Notes under the pieces: generated by a model
What the model saw: only the letters and a program-made list of their open reading frames with translations
What the model was told of the DNA's origin: nothing
Databases searched by the model: none
Assembly (NCBI GenBank): GCA_040002555.1
Contig: JBDUEH010000001.1
Location: 1-37,014 of the forward strand
DNA from: Gemmatimonadales bacterium
Lineage (GTDB): Bacteria; Gemmatimonadota; Gemmatimonadetes; Gemmatimonadales; Gemmatimonadaceae
DNA length: 37,014 nt
Reading direction: 5' to 3'
Program-made: the position numbers and the translations under genes
In this document: in pieces, positions 1-9,559 of the stretch
Numbering within the stretch: the stretch's first letter is position 1
Layout: every line of letters starts with the position of its first letter

Positions 1-448
1 CGAGATGCCGCTCGGCTTTCTGATTTCCGCGGTACACCTCGATGGTGTAGCTCATGGCCTGGAACGTATGGAACGAAAGACCGATCGGCAGGATTATCGC
101 GAGCGGCGCAATACCGTATGGCCAATGAAACACCTCGGCGATTGCATGGGCGTTCGCGTTGAGGAAATTGAAATACTTGAATACCGCGAGGACGCCCACG
201 TTGGCGACGATGCTCATCACCAGGTACCACTTTCTCCGTTGCCCCAAGGCGTTCTCGATCATTATGCCAGCCACGTAGTCGATCGCGATCGTGAAGAACA
301 GGATCAGGATGTAGACGGGGATGAACGCCATGTAGAAGTAGCAGCTCGCCGCGAGCAGCCACGCCCAGCGAACACGGTGCGGCAGGACGAAATAGATCGT
401 CGCCACCACCGGGAAAAAGATCAGGAAGGTAAAGGAATTAAATAGCAC
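1..448 (-). CDS. MBOAT family O-acyltransferase (AlgI/PatA-like), N-terminal part, runs off window edge
   Basis: Manual minus-strand translation from GTG at 448: VLFNSFTFLIFFPVV...LLAASCYFYM...LAVFKYFNF...LPIGLSFHTFQAMSYTIEVYRG, all typical AlgI-type MBOAT motifs. Missing from the ORF track, which shows only the plus-strand shadow 5..445. Confidence 0.92.
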   Translation of the reverse strand, partial: MLFNSFTFLIFFPVVATIYFVLPHRVRWAWLLAASCYFYMAFIPVYILILFFTIAIDYVAGIMIENALGQRRKWYLVMSIVANVGVLAVFKYFNFLNANAHAIAEVFHWPYGIAPLAIILPIGLSFHTFQAMSYTIEVYRGNQKAERHL

Positions 449-494
449 TTATGAGGTATCGTTTCGTGAGTTGGCATGTCAATTTAACCCTCCG

Positions 495-1775
495 ATGACC
501 AGATTATTGAACGACAAGTGGTTTCCGTGGGCGGTCGGAGTGTTGGCCGCGGCGTACCTGATTCAGATAGTGACTCCGCTTCGTCTCGACCACGACTCGG
601 TTCTCTATTTTCGCATCGCGATGTCGTTTGCTGATCACACGCCCAGACCGGACATCGGCCTGCCAAACGGATTTCCGCTGCTGATCGTCTTTCTCGAACG
701 GCTGGGTTTTGCGGTAAAAACTGCGCTTGTCCTCCTGGGCGTGTTGTCAATCTTCGCAGGGCTTCTGGGTGCATGGGCGGCGATGGACAAAGTCGATGTG
801 AGAGTGCGGCGGATTGCGATTGTCATGACATTGCTATGCTTCAGCGTCATCAGAGCTGCAGTCGTTCCGGAGCCTGATGCGATCTATTTCGGATTGTCCC
901 TGCTCGCCGTCGGCGCAATGCAACGCGCAACCGATCCGGCTGCGAGACAACGCTATGTCCTCTTGGTCATCGCCGTTGCCCTCACTACACTTGCCGGAAC
1001 TCTTCGATCGGCCGGCGTTGCGATGATTCCCGCCCTGCTCTGTTCAGTGTGGATGACCGTAACTCTTGAGGCGGGCCGTGATCTGCGAAGGCGCATTCAA
1101 TTCGCGATGGCACTAATGCTCGGCGTCGCGTTACTCGCCGGCGTGTCTTTCGGAGTCGTCAACGGGTCACTCGGCAGTTACGCCGGCTCCGCATTGCAGG
1201 GCTATTCGGCCGGCACTGGCTTGTCACATGTTTGGAAGCGCTTCGGGGGTACCGTGAATCGGTTCGGCGAGCTGTCACTCAATGTTCCCGCATTGAAGTA
1301 TCCCATAATCCGGCCGTTGGAGCGGTATCCGGGACCTGCCGTCGCAATATTGCTCTTGATCTACGCGCGAACGCTGCGCAGAATCGATCCTCTCGTTGTA
1401 TATGTCGCCTGCTATATGGGCATGCTAATCGTGTGGCCATTCGATGCTATCCGCTTATGGATTCCGATACTTCCCTTTCTGATCGCCGTTGTGGCGAAGG
1501 CGCTTTTAGATCTCGATCGCTTCCGCGTCGTAGCCGTCATGAGCCGGTTGTGGCTCGCGTGGATGATAGTGATCGGCCTTGGCGCGATTGCATACACGAC
1601 GCGCATTTCTTTTTCGGGGAAGAATTTTCCGCTGAGATACGGACTGCGAGGCGGCCTGGCCAGCCCCGGCGAAGAGGCGCGAAATCCGCTTCACGACCTC
1701 TCCGCGCTCAGAATCATTGCGAGGTATGATGCGGACCAGGCTGAGTTGAGGCGCGCGCTTCCAGTCGATCGTTGA
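495..1775 (+). CDS. Polytopic membrane protein, GT-C (ArnT/PMT-like) glycosyltransferase-like
   Basis: Many hydrophobic helices; acidic loop after TM1 (LRLDHDSVLY) plus EPDAIY and RxxG motifs. Start is ATG 495 or TTG 471. Confidence 0.6.
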   Translation: MTRLLNDKWFPWAVGVLAAAYLIQIVTPLRLDHDSVLYFRIAMSFADHTPRPDIGLPNGFPLLIVFLERLGFAVKTALVLLGVLSIFAGLLGAWAAMDKVDVRVRRIAIVMTLLCFSVIRAAVVPEPDAIYFGLSLLAVGAMQRATDPAARQRYVLLVIAVALTTLAGTLRSAGVAMIPALLCSVWMTVTLEAGRDLRRRIQFAMALMLGVALLAGVSFGVVNGSLGSYAGSALQGYSAGTGLSHVWKRFGGTVNRFGELSLNVPALKYPIIRPLERYPGPAVAILLLIYARTLRRIDPLVVYVACYMGMLIVWPFDAIRLWIPILPFLIAVVAKALLDLDRFRVVAVMSRLWLAWMIVIGLGAIAYTTRISFSGKNFPLRYGLRGGLASPGEEARNPLHDLSALRIIARYDADQAELRRALPVDR

Positions 1776-1787
1776 TAGCAGACTGAA

Positions 1788-2138
1788 TTGTCAGTAACCA
1801 GAGTGTTGAACGGCCGCGCAATCCCGCTTGTATGTGGACTGCTTACGCTGCTCATGGTCGCCAGGTGGTGGGAACGAAAAGGATTTGTTCCGCGGGTCTC
1901 GGATGAAAGAGCCTATCTCCTTCAGGCCGAGATTTTCGCTTCGGGAAAATGGAAGCTGCCGGCGCGTCCGCTTCCGGAGTTCTTCGACGATCGGTCGTCG
2001 CGTCTCGAGCGGCGTCGTAGCGCTGCTCACCTGGTCTCTGTGGATCGAAATGTTGCCCAACCTCAACTTTTTGTCGAGCTATTTTTCGGAGGCGCCGGAG
2101 CCTCGCGAAACGCCCGAGGTTCACCCAATCAACGTTGA
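1788..2138 (+). pseudogene. Collapsed GT-C-like membrane protein remnant
   Basis: TM helix then SDERAYLLQAEIFASGKWKLPARPLPEFF; protein-like sequence continues in another frame (RRVSSGVVALLTWSLWI..LNFLSSYFSE) and then runs into the convergent gene. Confidence 0.6.
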
Positions 2139-3214
2139 ATCAGAGTTTCGTAAAGGGTTTTAAACCGATTCGCGACATCTCTCCATTGGAATTCGGTCGA
2201 GACAAATTCCCGGCCCCGCTCGCCCATTTTGTGAAGCGCTAGAGAATCAAACGAAGTTGCGATTCGCAGTCCATCCGTCAGCGCTTCGACAGTCGGCGCT
2301 ACTGACCAGCCACAACCTCGATCTCGCAACATCGCCCAGGGCGCCGCGGTAGTCGTCAACACCGGCACAGAATGCGCCAGTGCCTCGCCCACAGAAAGTC
2401 CGAAGTTCTCCGAGTATGACGGAAGGATGAAGAGATCGGCTTCGGCCCACTCGGCTTCCTTTGCCGCGCCCCTCACGGGACCAGCAAAGGAAACAGCATC
2501 GCTCAATCCCGCGCGTTCGACTGCCCTCTCCACTACTCGCCTGTGCCCTGACTCATCGGGCCCCGCGATGCGAAGCCTCCAACCTTCGGGACGAACCGCG
2601 TTCCACGCCGCTACAAGCATCGGCAATCCTTTAACCGGATAGATCCTGCCGAGAAACAGAGCGGTGCGGTTTCCGCGTCCGTGAGTGGCGCCGGAAGGTT
2701 GACCGCCGCTTGCATTTGGAAGATCGATACCGTTGGAGATAACCTGCGGATAAATACCTGCTAGCCGGCGGGTAATGTTTTCAGCCTCTCTTTGCGAGGT
2801 TGCGTGAATCGCGTCAGCACTGATGATGTCCCGGCGCTGATAGAGCGGCCAGGCCATCATCTTTTTCCATTTCTTGTGACTCATTGCCCACGGCTCCATC
2901 ATGCCACGGGTACTCACCACTCTTGGTATCCGTTGTCGTCTCGCAACGTTGGCGAGGTGGTTGTTGTGCGCCCGCCAAAGGCCATTGTCATGAATCAAGT
3001 CCGGGCGACCGAATTCTCGAAGCGCGCTGTCGAGGCCGCCGGCCAATTCTCTCACTTCTGGCGATCTGTTGACGAAGTCTCCAGGCGAGCCATCGGCAGA
3101 CCAGAGCGCGACCTCCACTCTGGTCGCGGCGAGCTCGCTTGCGAGGCGCGATACCGAATACGCGGGACCACCGTAAGTCGAACTGAGACTTGTAGCGGCA
3201 AGGAAAACTTTCAC
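2129..3214 (-). CDS. Glycosyltransferase family 4
   Basis: N-terminal GGPAYSV, FLGRIYPVKG, PSYSENFGLSVGEA (E-x7-E). Confidence 0.92.
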   Translation of the reverse strand: MKVFLAATSLSSTYGGPAYSVSRLASELAATRVEVALWSADGSPGDFVNRSPEVRELAGGLDSALREFGRPDLIHDNGLWRAHNNHLANVARRQRIPRVVSTRGMMEPWAMSHKKWKKMMAWPLYQRRDIISADAIHATSQREAENITRRLAGIYPQVISNGIDLPNASGGQPSGATHGRGNRTALFLGRIYPVKGLPMLVAAWNAVRPEGWRLRIAGPDESGHRRVVERAVERAGLSDAVSFAGPVRGAAKEAEWAEADLFILPSYSENFGLSVGEALAHSVPVLTTTAAPWAMLRDRGCGWSVAPTVEALTDGLRIATSFDSLALHKMGERGREFVSTEFQWRDVANRFKTLYETLIQR

Positions 3215-3432
3215 GGAACAAATACAGCGGCGCCAATACCGAGCCGCTCCATGTTAGTCGCCTGCGGCCATGACGCAGCATGAATCGCCGACGGTGATTT
3301 CACGTCCGACCCCTGATACGTCGCCCCCGCAAGAAGCTTGTTCCATTTCTTGTGCTGCATTGCCCAAGGCTCGAGCAATCCTCGTGCGCTGACGATGCGC
3401 GGAACACCCGTAAGATCCTCACAACTCATCAT
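3211..3432 (-). pseudogene. GT4 internal fragment paralogous to 2129..3214
   Basis: VPRIVSARGLLEPWAMQHKKWNKLLA..Y...DV...SAIHAAS aligns with IPRVVSTRGMMEPWAMSHKKWKKMMA..Y...DI...DAIHATS of the adjacent gene. Confidence 0.8.
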
Positions 3433-4404
3433 CCGTCACCCTTCGAGCATTTTCCTTCACACCATTACGAAATGCGTTATACCCGAAACGCTTCGATACT
3501 GCATCATGCAGGCACTGCCGGTCGAACCAGCAATCAGGGCCGTCTCGTCCCAGCAGAGCAATCAAACCTGCTGATATCTCATCAATGCTATCGGGATCGA
3601 CAAGCCTGCCAAGTCTTCCCTGGTCCAGCGCATCGACGGACCCGTCACAGTTTCCTGCCAGCACGGGAGTGCCGCACGCCATCGCCTCAAGAACAATCCC
3701 GAAGCCTTCGCCAGTGCTCGGCATGGCGAAGGCATCTGCAAGCCGATAGTGGTCGAGGAGCTCCGCATCGGGAACGAAGCCTGCGAAGGTGACCTGTTTC
3801 AGCACCCCTTCGTTCCGCGCGATGCCCTCCAGTCGCTTCCTGTCGGAGCCTTTTCGTACCACAAGATAGCGGACAGGTCCAACGGCGCGCTGGACTTCGG
3901 ATGGCGACTGTATGAGACGATCACAGCCTTTATGTCCATGCTGATGCTTACCAGTGTTCTGGTGCGACCTGCCGGGTGGGGCGTGTCGTTCACTCGGGTC
4001 AAGACGCGCCACCGTGAGAACGACACGCTCATCCGGTTGAATTCCATATCGTGCCCGGAGGTACAGCGGTGGTGGGCCAACGCTGAACCGTGTTTCGTCG
4101 ACTGTATTAGGAAGAATGAAAATCCGTTTTGCGTTCACGCCGGTGAAATCCAGCAGTCGTCGCGCGTCCACGCGCTCACTGCTACCACCTGGTCGGCTGC
4201 CTTGAGAGCATTAAGCCGCATCACTGACATCGAGCGATGGACGTCGATTCCGTGAGCAACGAGGGTGACCCTGACCGAAAAGGCTGCCCGCGCCATCTCG
4301 GCGATCGGTCCGAAATTCACATGGGTGCTAATAATCCGATCGGGACGACTCAATGTTATTTTGCAAAGCCATATCAAACGATGGTTAGCCGGGCGCAAAA
4401 ACAC
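3419..4404 (-). pseudogene. GT4 glycosyltransferase, frameshifted and N-terminally truncated
   Basis: ORF 4135..4404 (STHVNF..VAHGIDV..VAVSAWTRD) joins ORF 3419..4171 (RLLD..PNTVD..PSTGEGFGIVLEAMACG) via a 1-nt frameshift near 4158; also has an in-frame 51-nt insert. Confidence 0.8.
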
Positions 4405-4906
4405 AACAAAATGACTGGACTAGGCGTTGCCCGGTTTTTAGGTTTGAATGTTGCACCATAAATATGCGGGACTCCCGCCGCCGGTCAGATTTCCTTTTCC
4501 TCCACTTAATGCACAGTCTCAGCCGGCTCGCTGCCGCTGAATTAATTGCGATTGCCGCCTCAGCCGCCATCGTCAACATCTTCGTCAGATAGCTGTGGCA
4601 GACCTGGTTCCGTACCGCGGAGATCCCGGCATCGGCGTGTCCGAAAATGGGGCCTACTATCACTATGAGTACGAGTACTCAGCCGCCTCGGAAGATCCGG
4701 AGATCAGGCAGAGCTGATACGGGCGCATGCGCTCAAACGTCGACGACTATGTCGCTACGAATCCGAAAGCCTTCGTGAGCATGATCTAGTTGAGTCTCCT
4801 GCTCGAAATCGACGCTTGCCTCTAATGAGCACAAATCGCAAGGAGGAGAAACTCCCATGAGCAATGTCGTTTTCGGCACGCATAGCCTTGTAAAGAGCGG
4901 CGCTTT

Positions 4907-5899
4907 TTGAAAGCGGCCGCCACATCCACTGTCGCGCTCATCGTGGCGTTTCTAGTGGCAGAAGCCGGTCTCAGGCATTTCTCTCCGATTTACACGGTCG
5001 GCATCCAAAGCTCCTACCAATACGACCCGGAGCTCGGCGTTGTCCTCAGAAAAAGCGTGAATCTGTCGCGCCTCACGGATCACCGCGAGGAAATCAGAAC
5101 CAATCGTTTCGGCGTCGCTGATTTCAGGGAGAGTTATGCCGGTTATCCCAAGCTCGCGTTTGCAATCGGAGACTCATATACGCAGGGCACTGGACTTCCG
5201 GCCGATGAGAGTTATCCGATGCAGCTGGATCAAATGCTGAATCGCGATGGCGCCGGAATGTTTTTGAAGCGAATCGCGGTCGTCAACGTGGGACTTGGCA
5301 GTTACGGGGGCGAACAGTCCCTTCTCGCCCTTAAACGGTTCGAAAAGACTCTCGGAGCGCCGGCTTATTGTCTGTACCTCGGTAGCGACAACGACTTCGA
5401 CGACGACCTTTTATTCAAGAGCGGATCTCGGCACCGTCAGCTTGTAGTTGGTTCTCCAAAATGGGGTCGTTTCGCACGCCCGCTTGCGTGGATAGGAGGC
5501 TTTCAGACGATTCTTCGCGCAAAGCTTCTGCTTGCGGACAGAAGGTTGAACGCTCTCAGGCGAGCGGCATTTCAAACGCGCGGCGCAGATACTTCCGTGG
5601 CCGCGAAGGAGTGGCCAATCGTCGAACAGATCGTGAGCGAGTGTCGGGCGAAACCCGCTGTCCCGATACTTTCGTGGGTGGTTGGCGCCAATAGCGATTC
5701 GTACGCCTGGCTAAGATCGAAGTCTGCGGCGAATGGCATCGCATTTAACGACTGGTACCCTCGGTTCACGTCGGTAGCTCGGGAAATTCCACAACTTCCG
5801 GAATACAACCCGCATTCTGGCCGACACTATCGCGGGTGGGTGGCTTCGATCATCGCCGACGGCTTTCGGCGGCAGATGCGAGACGCTCAGGTTTTTTAG
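4907..5899 (+). CDS. SGNH/GDSL hydrolase-family protein with N-terminal membrane anchor
   Basis: TM anchor (..VAEAGLR), N-x-x-G (NRFG), block I GDSYTQG, block II NVGLGSYG, block III GSDND, late His. Confidence 0.85.
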   Translation: MKAAATSTVALIVAFLVAEAGLRHFSPIYTVGIQSSYQYDPELGVVLRKSVNLSRLTDHREEIRTNRFGVADFRESYAGYPKLAFAIGDSYTQGTGLPADESYPMQLDQMLNRDGAGMFLKRIAVVNVGLGSYGGEQSLLALKRFEKTLGAPAYCLYLGSDNDFDDDLLFKSGSRHRQLVVGSPKWGRFARPLAWIGGFQTILRAKLLLADRRLNALRRAAFQTRGADTSVAAKEWPIVEQIVSECRAKPAVPILSWVVGANSDSYAWLRSKSAANGIAFNDWYPRFTSVAREIPQLPEYNPHSGRHYRGWVASIIADGFRRQMRDAQVF

Positions 5900-6015
5900 T
5901 CCAGTTTCACGGCGGTCGAGTGTATATTCACCCGTGCAAAATGCCGCGTTTCCTTCGGCCCTCGCCGAGACCCGGCTCGGACTAGGTCTTCCGTCATTTC
6001 CGTCACAACGCATCA

Positions 6016-7773
6016 ATGTACATCCTCGGAATCAACGCTTATCACGCTGATGGCTCTGCTGTTCTCCTCAAGGACGGCGAGCTAGTCGTAGCCGTCGAAG
6101 AAGAACGTTTTCGCCGCATCAAGCACTGGGCAGGGTTCCCGACAGAATCGATCGCAAAGGTTCTGGAGATCGGCGGCATTACCGGCGCTCAAATCGACCA
6201 CGTAGGGATCAGCCGAGATCCGAAAGCGAATCTCATGAAGAAGGCGGCCTTTGCGGTAACAAATCGCATGAAGGTCTCCAATATCGTGAACCGCACGAAG
6301 AACCTGCGGAAAGTCCACGACGTCCGAGACCCGCTGGCCGCCGCGTTGGGCGTAGCCGACAAGGATCTCCCTCAAATCCACTTCGTCGAGCACCATCCTT
6401 CTCACCTCGCCAGCGCATTCTTCGTTTCCCCGTTCGACAATGCAGCGCTTTGCGCGATCGACGGATTCGGCGACTATGTCTCGACGTCCACGGCAATCGG
6501 GCGCTACAACAAGATCGAGATGCTGTCAAAGGTCTCGTACCCCCACTCACTCGGCGTACTCTACACGGCCGTCACGCAGCACCTCGGCTTCCCGAATTAC
6601 GGTGACGAGTTCAAGGTCATGGGCCTCGCTCCGTATGGTTCGCCGGACTACACGAAAGCGCTGCGCAATCTCGTCACGCTCAAAAAGAACGGCGACTTCG
6701 AGCTCACACGGAAATATTTCCGCCACTGGGACGAAGGCGTGTCGATGGAGTGGGAAGGCGGCATTCCGACGATGGGTCCGCTTTTCACGGCTGAGCTCGA
6801 CAATCTGTTAGGGCCGGCGCGAGCGAAGGGCGAGCCTCTCACACCAAAGCACGAGAACATAGCGCGCTCACTCCAGGCCGTCTATGAAGAGTGCGCGTTC
6901 CACGTGCTCAACAATCTCTTCGAGAAGACAAAAAATCCTCGCCTTTGCCTCGCTGGTGGGTGCGCGATGAACAGCGTCGCCAATGGAAAAGTTCGCGACG
7001 AGACGCCGTTCACAGACGTCTATATCCAGCCGGCAGCCGGCGATAATGGAACAGCACTTGGCGCCGCCTATCAGGTCTGGAATCAGATCCTCGAAAAGCC
7101 GCGTGGCTTCGTGATGGAACACGGATACTGGGGAACGCAGTATCCGGATGCTGACGTGACGGCGATCGTTGACGAGCGCAATGATACCGACTGGCGCTAC
7201 GAGCACACGCGCTACGAAACCGAAGAGGAAGTCTGCGGCGCGACGGCGCAGCTGATCTCTGAAGGCAACGTCATCGGTTGGTATCAGGGAAAAATGGAAT
7301 GGGGCGCACGCGCACTTGGCAACCGCAGCATTCTCGCGGACGCCCGTCGCGGCGACATGCGGGATTTGATCAACGCGAAGATCAAATTCCGCGAGAAGTT
7401 CCGTCCATTCGCTCCGTCAATCCTCGAGGAGTCGATGGACGACTACTTCGTCGGCGCTGCGGCCGATCCTTTCATGCAGCAGGTGTATCCGGTTCGCGAA
7501 GACAAGCGGGCGATCCTTCCAGCGATCACGCACGCGGATGGAAGCGGACGCCTCCAGACAGTCAGCAACAGAACCAACCCCCGATACTATCGCCTGATAA
7601 AGGAGTTCGAGAAGCTTGCCGGCGTGCCGGTTCTCCTCAACACGAGCTTCAATGAAAACGAGCCAATCGTCGATACTCCCGAGCAGGCGCTCGACTGCTT
7701 CCTTCGGACGCGCATGGATGTGATCGTCGTGAACAACACGATCATCCGCCGATTCGCAAAGGCCGAGGCCTGA
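6016..7773 (+). CDS. nodU: Carbamoyltransferase, NodU/CmcH/TobZ family
   Basis: ILGINAYHAD, EEERF.R.KH, EHHPSH, DGFG, AGGCAMNS, GDNG, GARALGNRS, KFRE.FRPFAPS, LNTSFN.NEP. Confidence 0.95.
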   Translation: MYILGINAYHADGSAVLLKDGELVVAVEEERFRRIKHWAGFPTESIAKVLEIGGITGAQIDHVGISRDPKANLMKKAAFAVTNRMKVSNIVNRTKNLRKVHDVRDPLAAALGVADKDLPQIHFVEHHPSHLASAFFVSPFDNAALCAIDGFGDYVSTSTAIGRYNKIEMLSKVSYPHSLGVLYTAVTQHLGFPNYGDEFKVMGLAPYGSPDYTKALRNLVTLKKNGDFELTRKYFRHWDEGVSMEWEGGIPTMGPLFTAELDNLLGPARAKGEPLTPKHENIARSLQAVYEECAFHVLNNLFEKTKNPRLCLAGGCAMNSVANGKVRDETPFTDVYIQPAAGDNGTALGAAYQVWNQILEKPRGFVMEHGYWGTQYPDADVTAIVDERNDTDWRYEHTRYETEEEVCGATAQLISEGNVIGWYQGKMEWGARALGNRSILADARRGDMRDLINAKIKFREKFRPFAPSILEESMDDYFVGAAADPFMQQVYPVREDKRAILPAITHADGSGRLQTVSNRTNPRYYRLIKEFEKLAGVPVLLNTSFNENEPIVDTPEQALDCFLRTRMDVIVVNNTIIRRFAKAEA

Positions 7774-7776
7774 TCG

Positions 7777-8772
7777 ATGGGTGACGGAATCTCCCGAGCC
7801 GATGGCGCCCCGAAGCGAGCACTCATCTGCGGCGTCTCAGGACAGGACGGTGCGTACCTCACGCAAATCCTCTTGTCGAAAGGCTACAAGGTCTTCGGAA
7901 CCTCGCGCGACGCGCAGATGTCGCACTTTGAAAATCTTCGGAAAGTGGGTGCCTTCGATCGGGTGAAGCTCGAATCGATGGCTGTCACCGATTTTCGTAG
8001 CGTGCTGCAAGTGGTCAGAAAGACGATGCCGGACGAGATCTACAACCTCGCGGGCCAGAGCTCGGTAAGTCTTTCGTTTCAGCAGCCCGTGGAAACACTC
8101 GAGAGCATTGGCCTCGGCACGTTGAACCTCCTCGAGGCGATCCGGTTCATAGACAGGCCGGTTCGCTTTTATAACGCAGGATCCAGCGAATGCTTCGGTG
8201 ACACTGGTGGCGTAGCCGCAACTGAGGAAACTCCCTTCAGGCCAAGGAGTCCCTACGCTGTGGCTAAGGCAGCAGCTTTCTGGGAAGTGGCGAACTACCG
8301 CGAAGCTTACGGCCTCTACGCGTGCTCGGGGATTCTCTACAACCACGAGTCACCGCTTCGCCCGCAACGATTCGTCACGCGAAAAGTTGTGGCCGCCGCG
8401 GTTCGAATTGCCGGAGGAAGCGGGGAGACTCTGCACCTTGGAAATGTTGACGTCGAACGGGACTGGGGTTGGGCTCCCGAGTATGTCGAGGCAATGTGGC
8501 TGATGCTTCAGCAGATCGAACCTCGCGATTTCGTAATTGCTACCGGTGAATACAACCGCTTGTCCGATTTCGTCGAGCTCGCTTTTCGTCAGCTCGGGCT
8601 CGACTGGAAGGAACATGTAAAGATCGACTCCTCGTTCCTGCGTCCAACCGATCTTCAGCGAGGGCTTGGTGACCCCTCCCTGGCGGAGAAGGAACTGGCG
8701 TGGAAAGCGAAGTATCGAATGAAGGACGTTGTGCGGATGATGGTCGAAGCTGAGAAAACTACCGGGAGCTGA
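7777..8772 (+). CDS. gmd: GDP-mannose 4,6-dehydratase
   Basis: GVSGQDGAYL, YNLAGQSSV..SF, SSECFG, PRSPYAVAK, NHESPLR..FVTRK, RDWG.A.EYV. Confidence 0.93.
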   Translation: MGDGISRADGAPKRALICGVSGQDGAYLTQILLSKGYKVFGTSRDAQMSHFENLRKVGAFDRVKLESMAVTDFRSVLQVVRKTMPDEIYNLAGQSSVSLSFQQPVETLESIGLGTLNLLEAIRFIDRPVRFYNAGSSECFGDTGGVAATEETPFRPRSPYAVAKAAAFWEVANYREAYGLYACSGILYNHESPLRPQRFVTRKVVAAAVRIAGGSGETLHLGNVDVERDWGWAPEYVEAMWLMLQQIEPRDFVIATGEYNRLSDFVELAFRQLGLDWKEHVKIDSSFLRPTDLQRGLGDPSLAEKELAWKAKYRMKDVVRMMVEAEKTTGS

Positions 8773-8779
8773 TCCCGCG

Positions 8780-9559
8780 TCACGCCCAGGGAAACACCTT
8801 CTTCCACGAAGAGGGCGCCTTGCCGGAGAAGGCATCAACGGGCGCGGGCTTCTCCGCTCTTACAACTCGCTTGGCATTCCTGATGAGCTCGTCTGCCTGC
8901 ACATCCATCCCCCTCCGGCGTATCTCTGCAAAACCCGCCGCAACACTGCAGTTACCACGGCTATGATAGTCCGAACACATATAATCAGCTTGCCCGCTTT
9001 CGAGAATTGACCACGCAAGCTTCTTTGCGCGCGCGCCGTACTGGCCCAGTATCGATCCAGCGTTGATCTGCATGAAGGCGCCCGCCTCTTTCCACTCGTC
9101 GATCAATTCGAATTTTGACTCCATGTTGGCGTACCGCTCGGGGTGTGCAACAATGGGAATCCATCCTCTATCGCGCAGTTCCCGCAGCGCGTACCCGCTG
9201 TTTGGCGGAACGTTCATGAACGGAAACTCGATCAGGGCGAACTCCGTACCCGCGAGCCGCAAAAGCGGATTGTCGAGATTCGGGTGAGGAACGTCGAGCA
9301 TCACCTCGAACCCTCGAGCAAGCTTCAACGTCGGGAATTCGGCCGCGACCAGCGCCTGGAGCGCCGTCCACCCGATCTCTACCTTTTCGAGATACTGATT
9401 GAGCACGCCCCTGTCGACGAGAGAAGCAGCAATGTGCGGCGTGGTGATGATCCCGGTAATGCCACCAGCAATCATCGCCTTGAGTCCGGCACGCGATTCG
9501 TCAACATCAACAGCGCCGTCGTCAACACCGGGCATCAAATGATTGTGAAAGTCTAGCAT
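8780..9559 (-). CDS. cpsB: PHP-family protein-tyrosine phosphatase, CpsB/CapC/YwqE type
   Basis: DFHNHLMPGVDDG, TTPH, AHPERY, QINAGS, SDYH. Confidence 0.93.
   Translation of the reverse strand: MLDFHNHLMPGVDDGAVDVDESRAGLKAMIAGGITGIITTPHIAASLVDRGVLNQYLEKVEIGWTALQALVAAEFPTLKLARGFEVMLDVPHPNLDNPLLRLAGTEFALIEFPFMNVPPNSGYALRELRDRGWIPIVAHPERYANMESKFELIDEWKEAGAFMQINAGSILGQYGARAKKLAWSILESGQADYMCSDYHSRGNCSVAAGFAEIRRRGMDVQADELIRNAKRVVRAEKPAPVDAFSGKAPSSWKKVFPWA

Noticed and set aside
5-445. 146-aa plus-strand ORF
   Set aside because: Antisense shadow of the minus-strand MBOAT.
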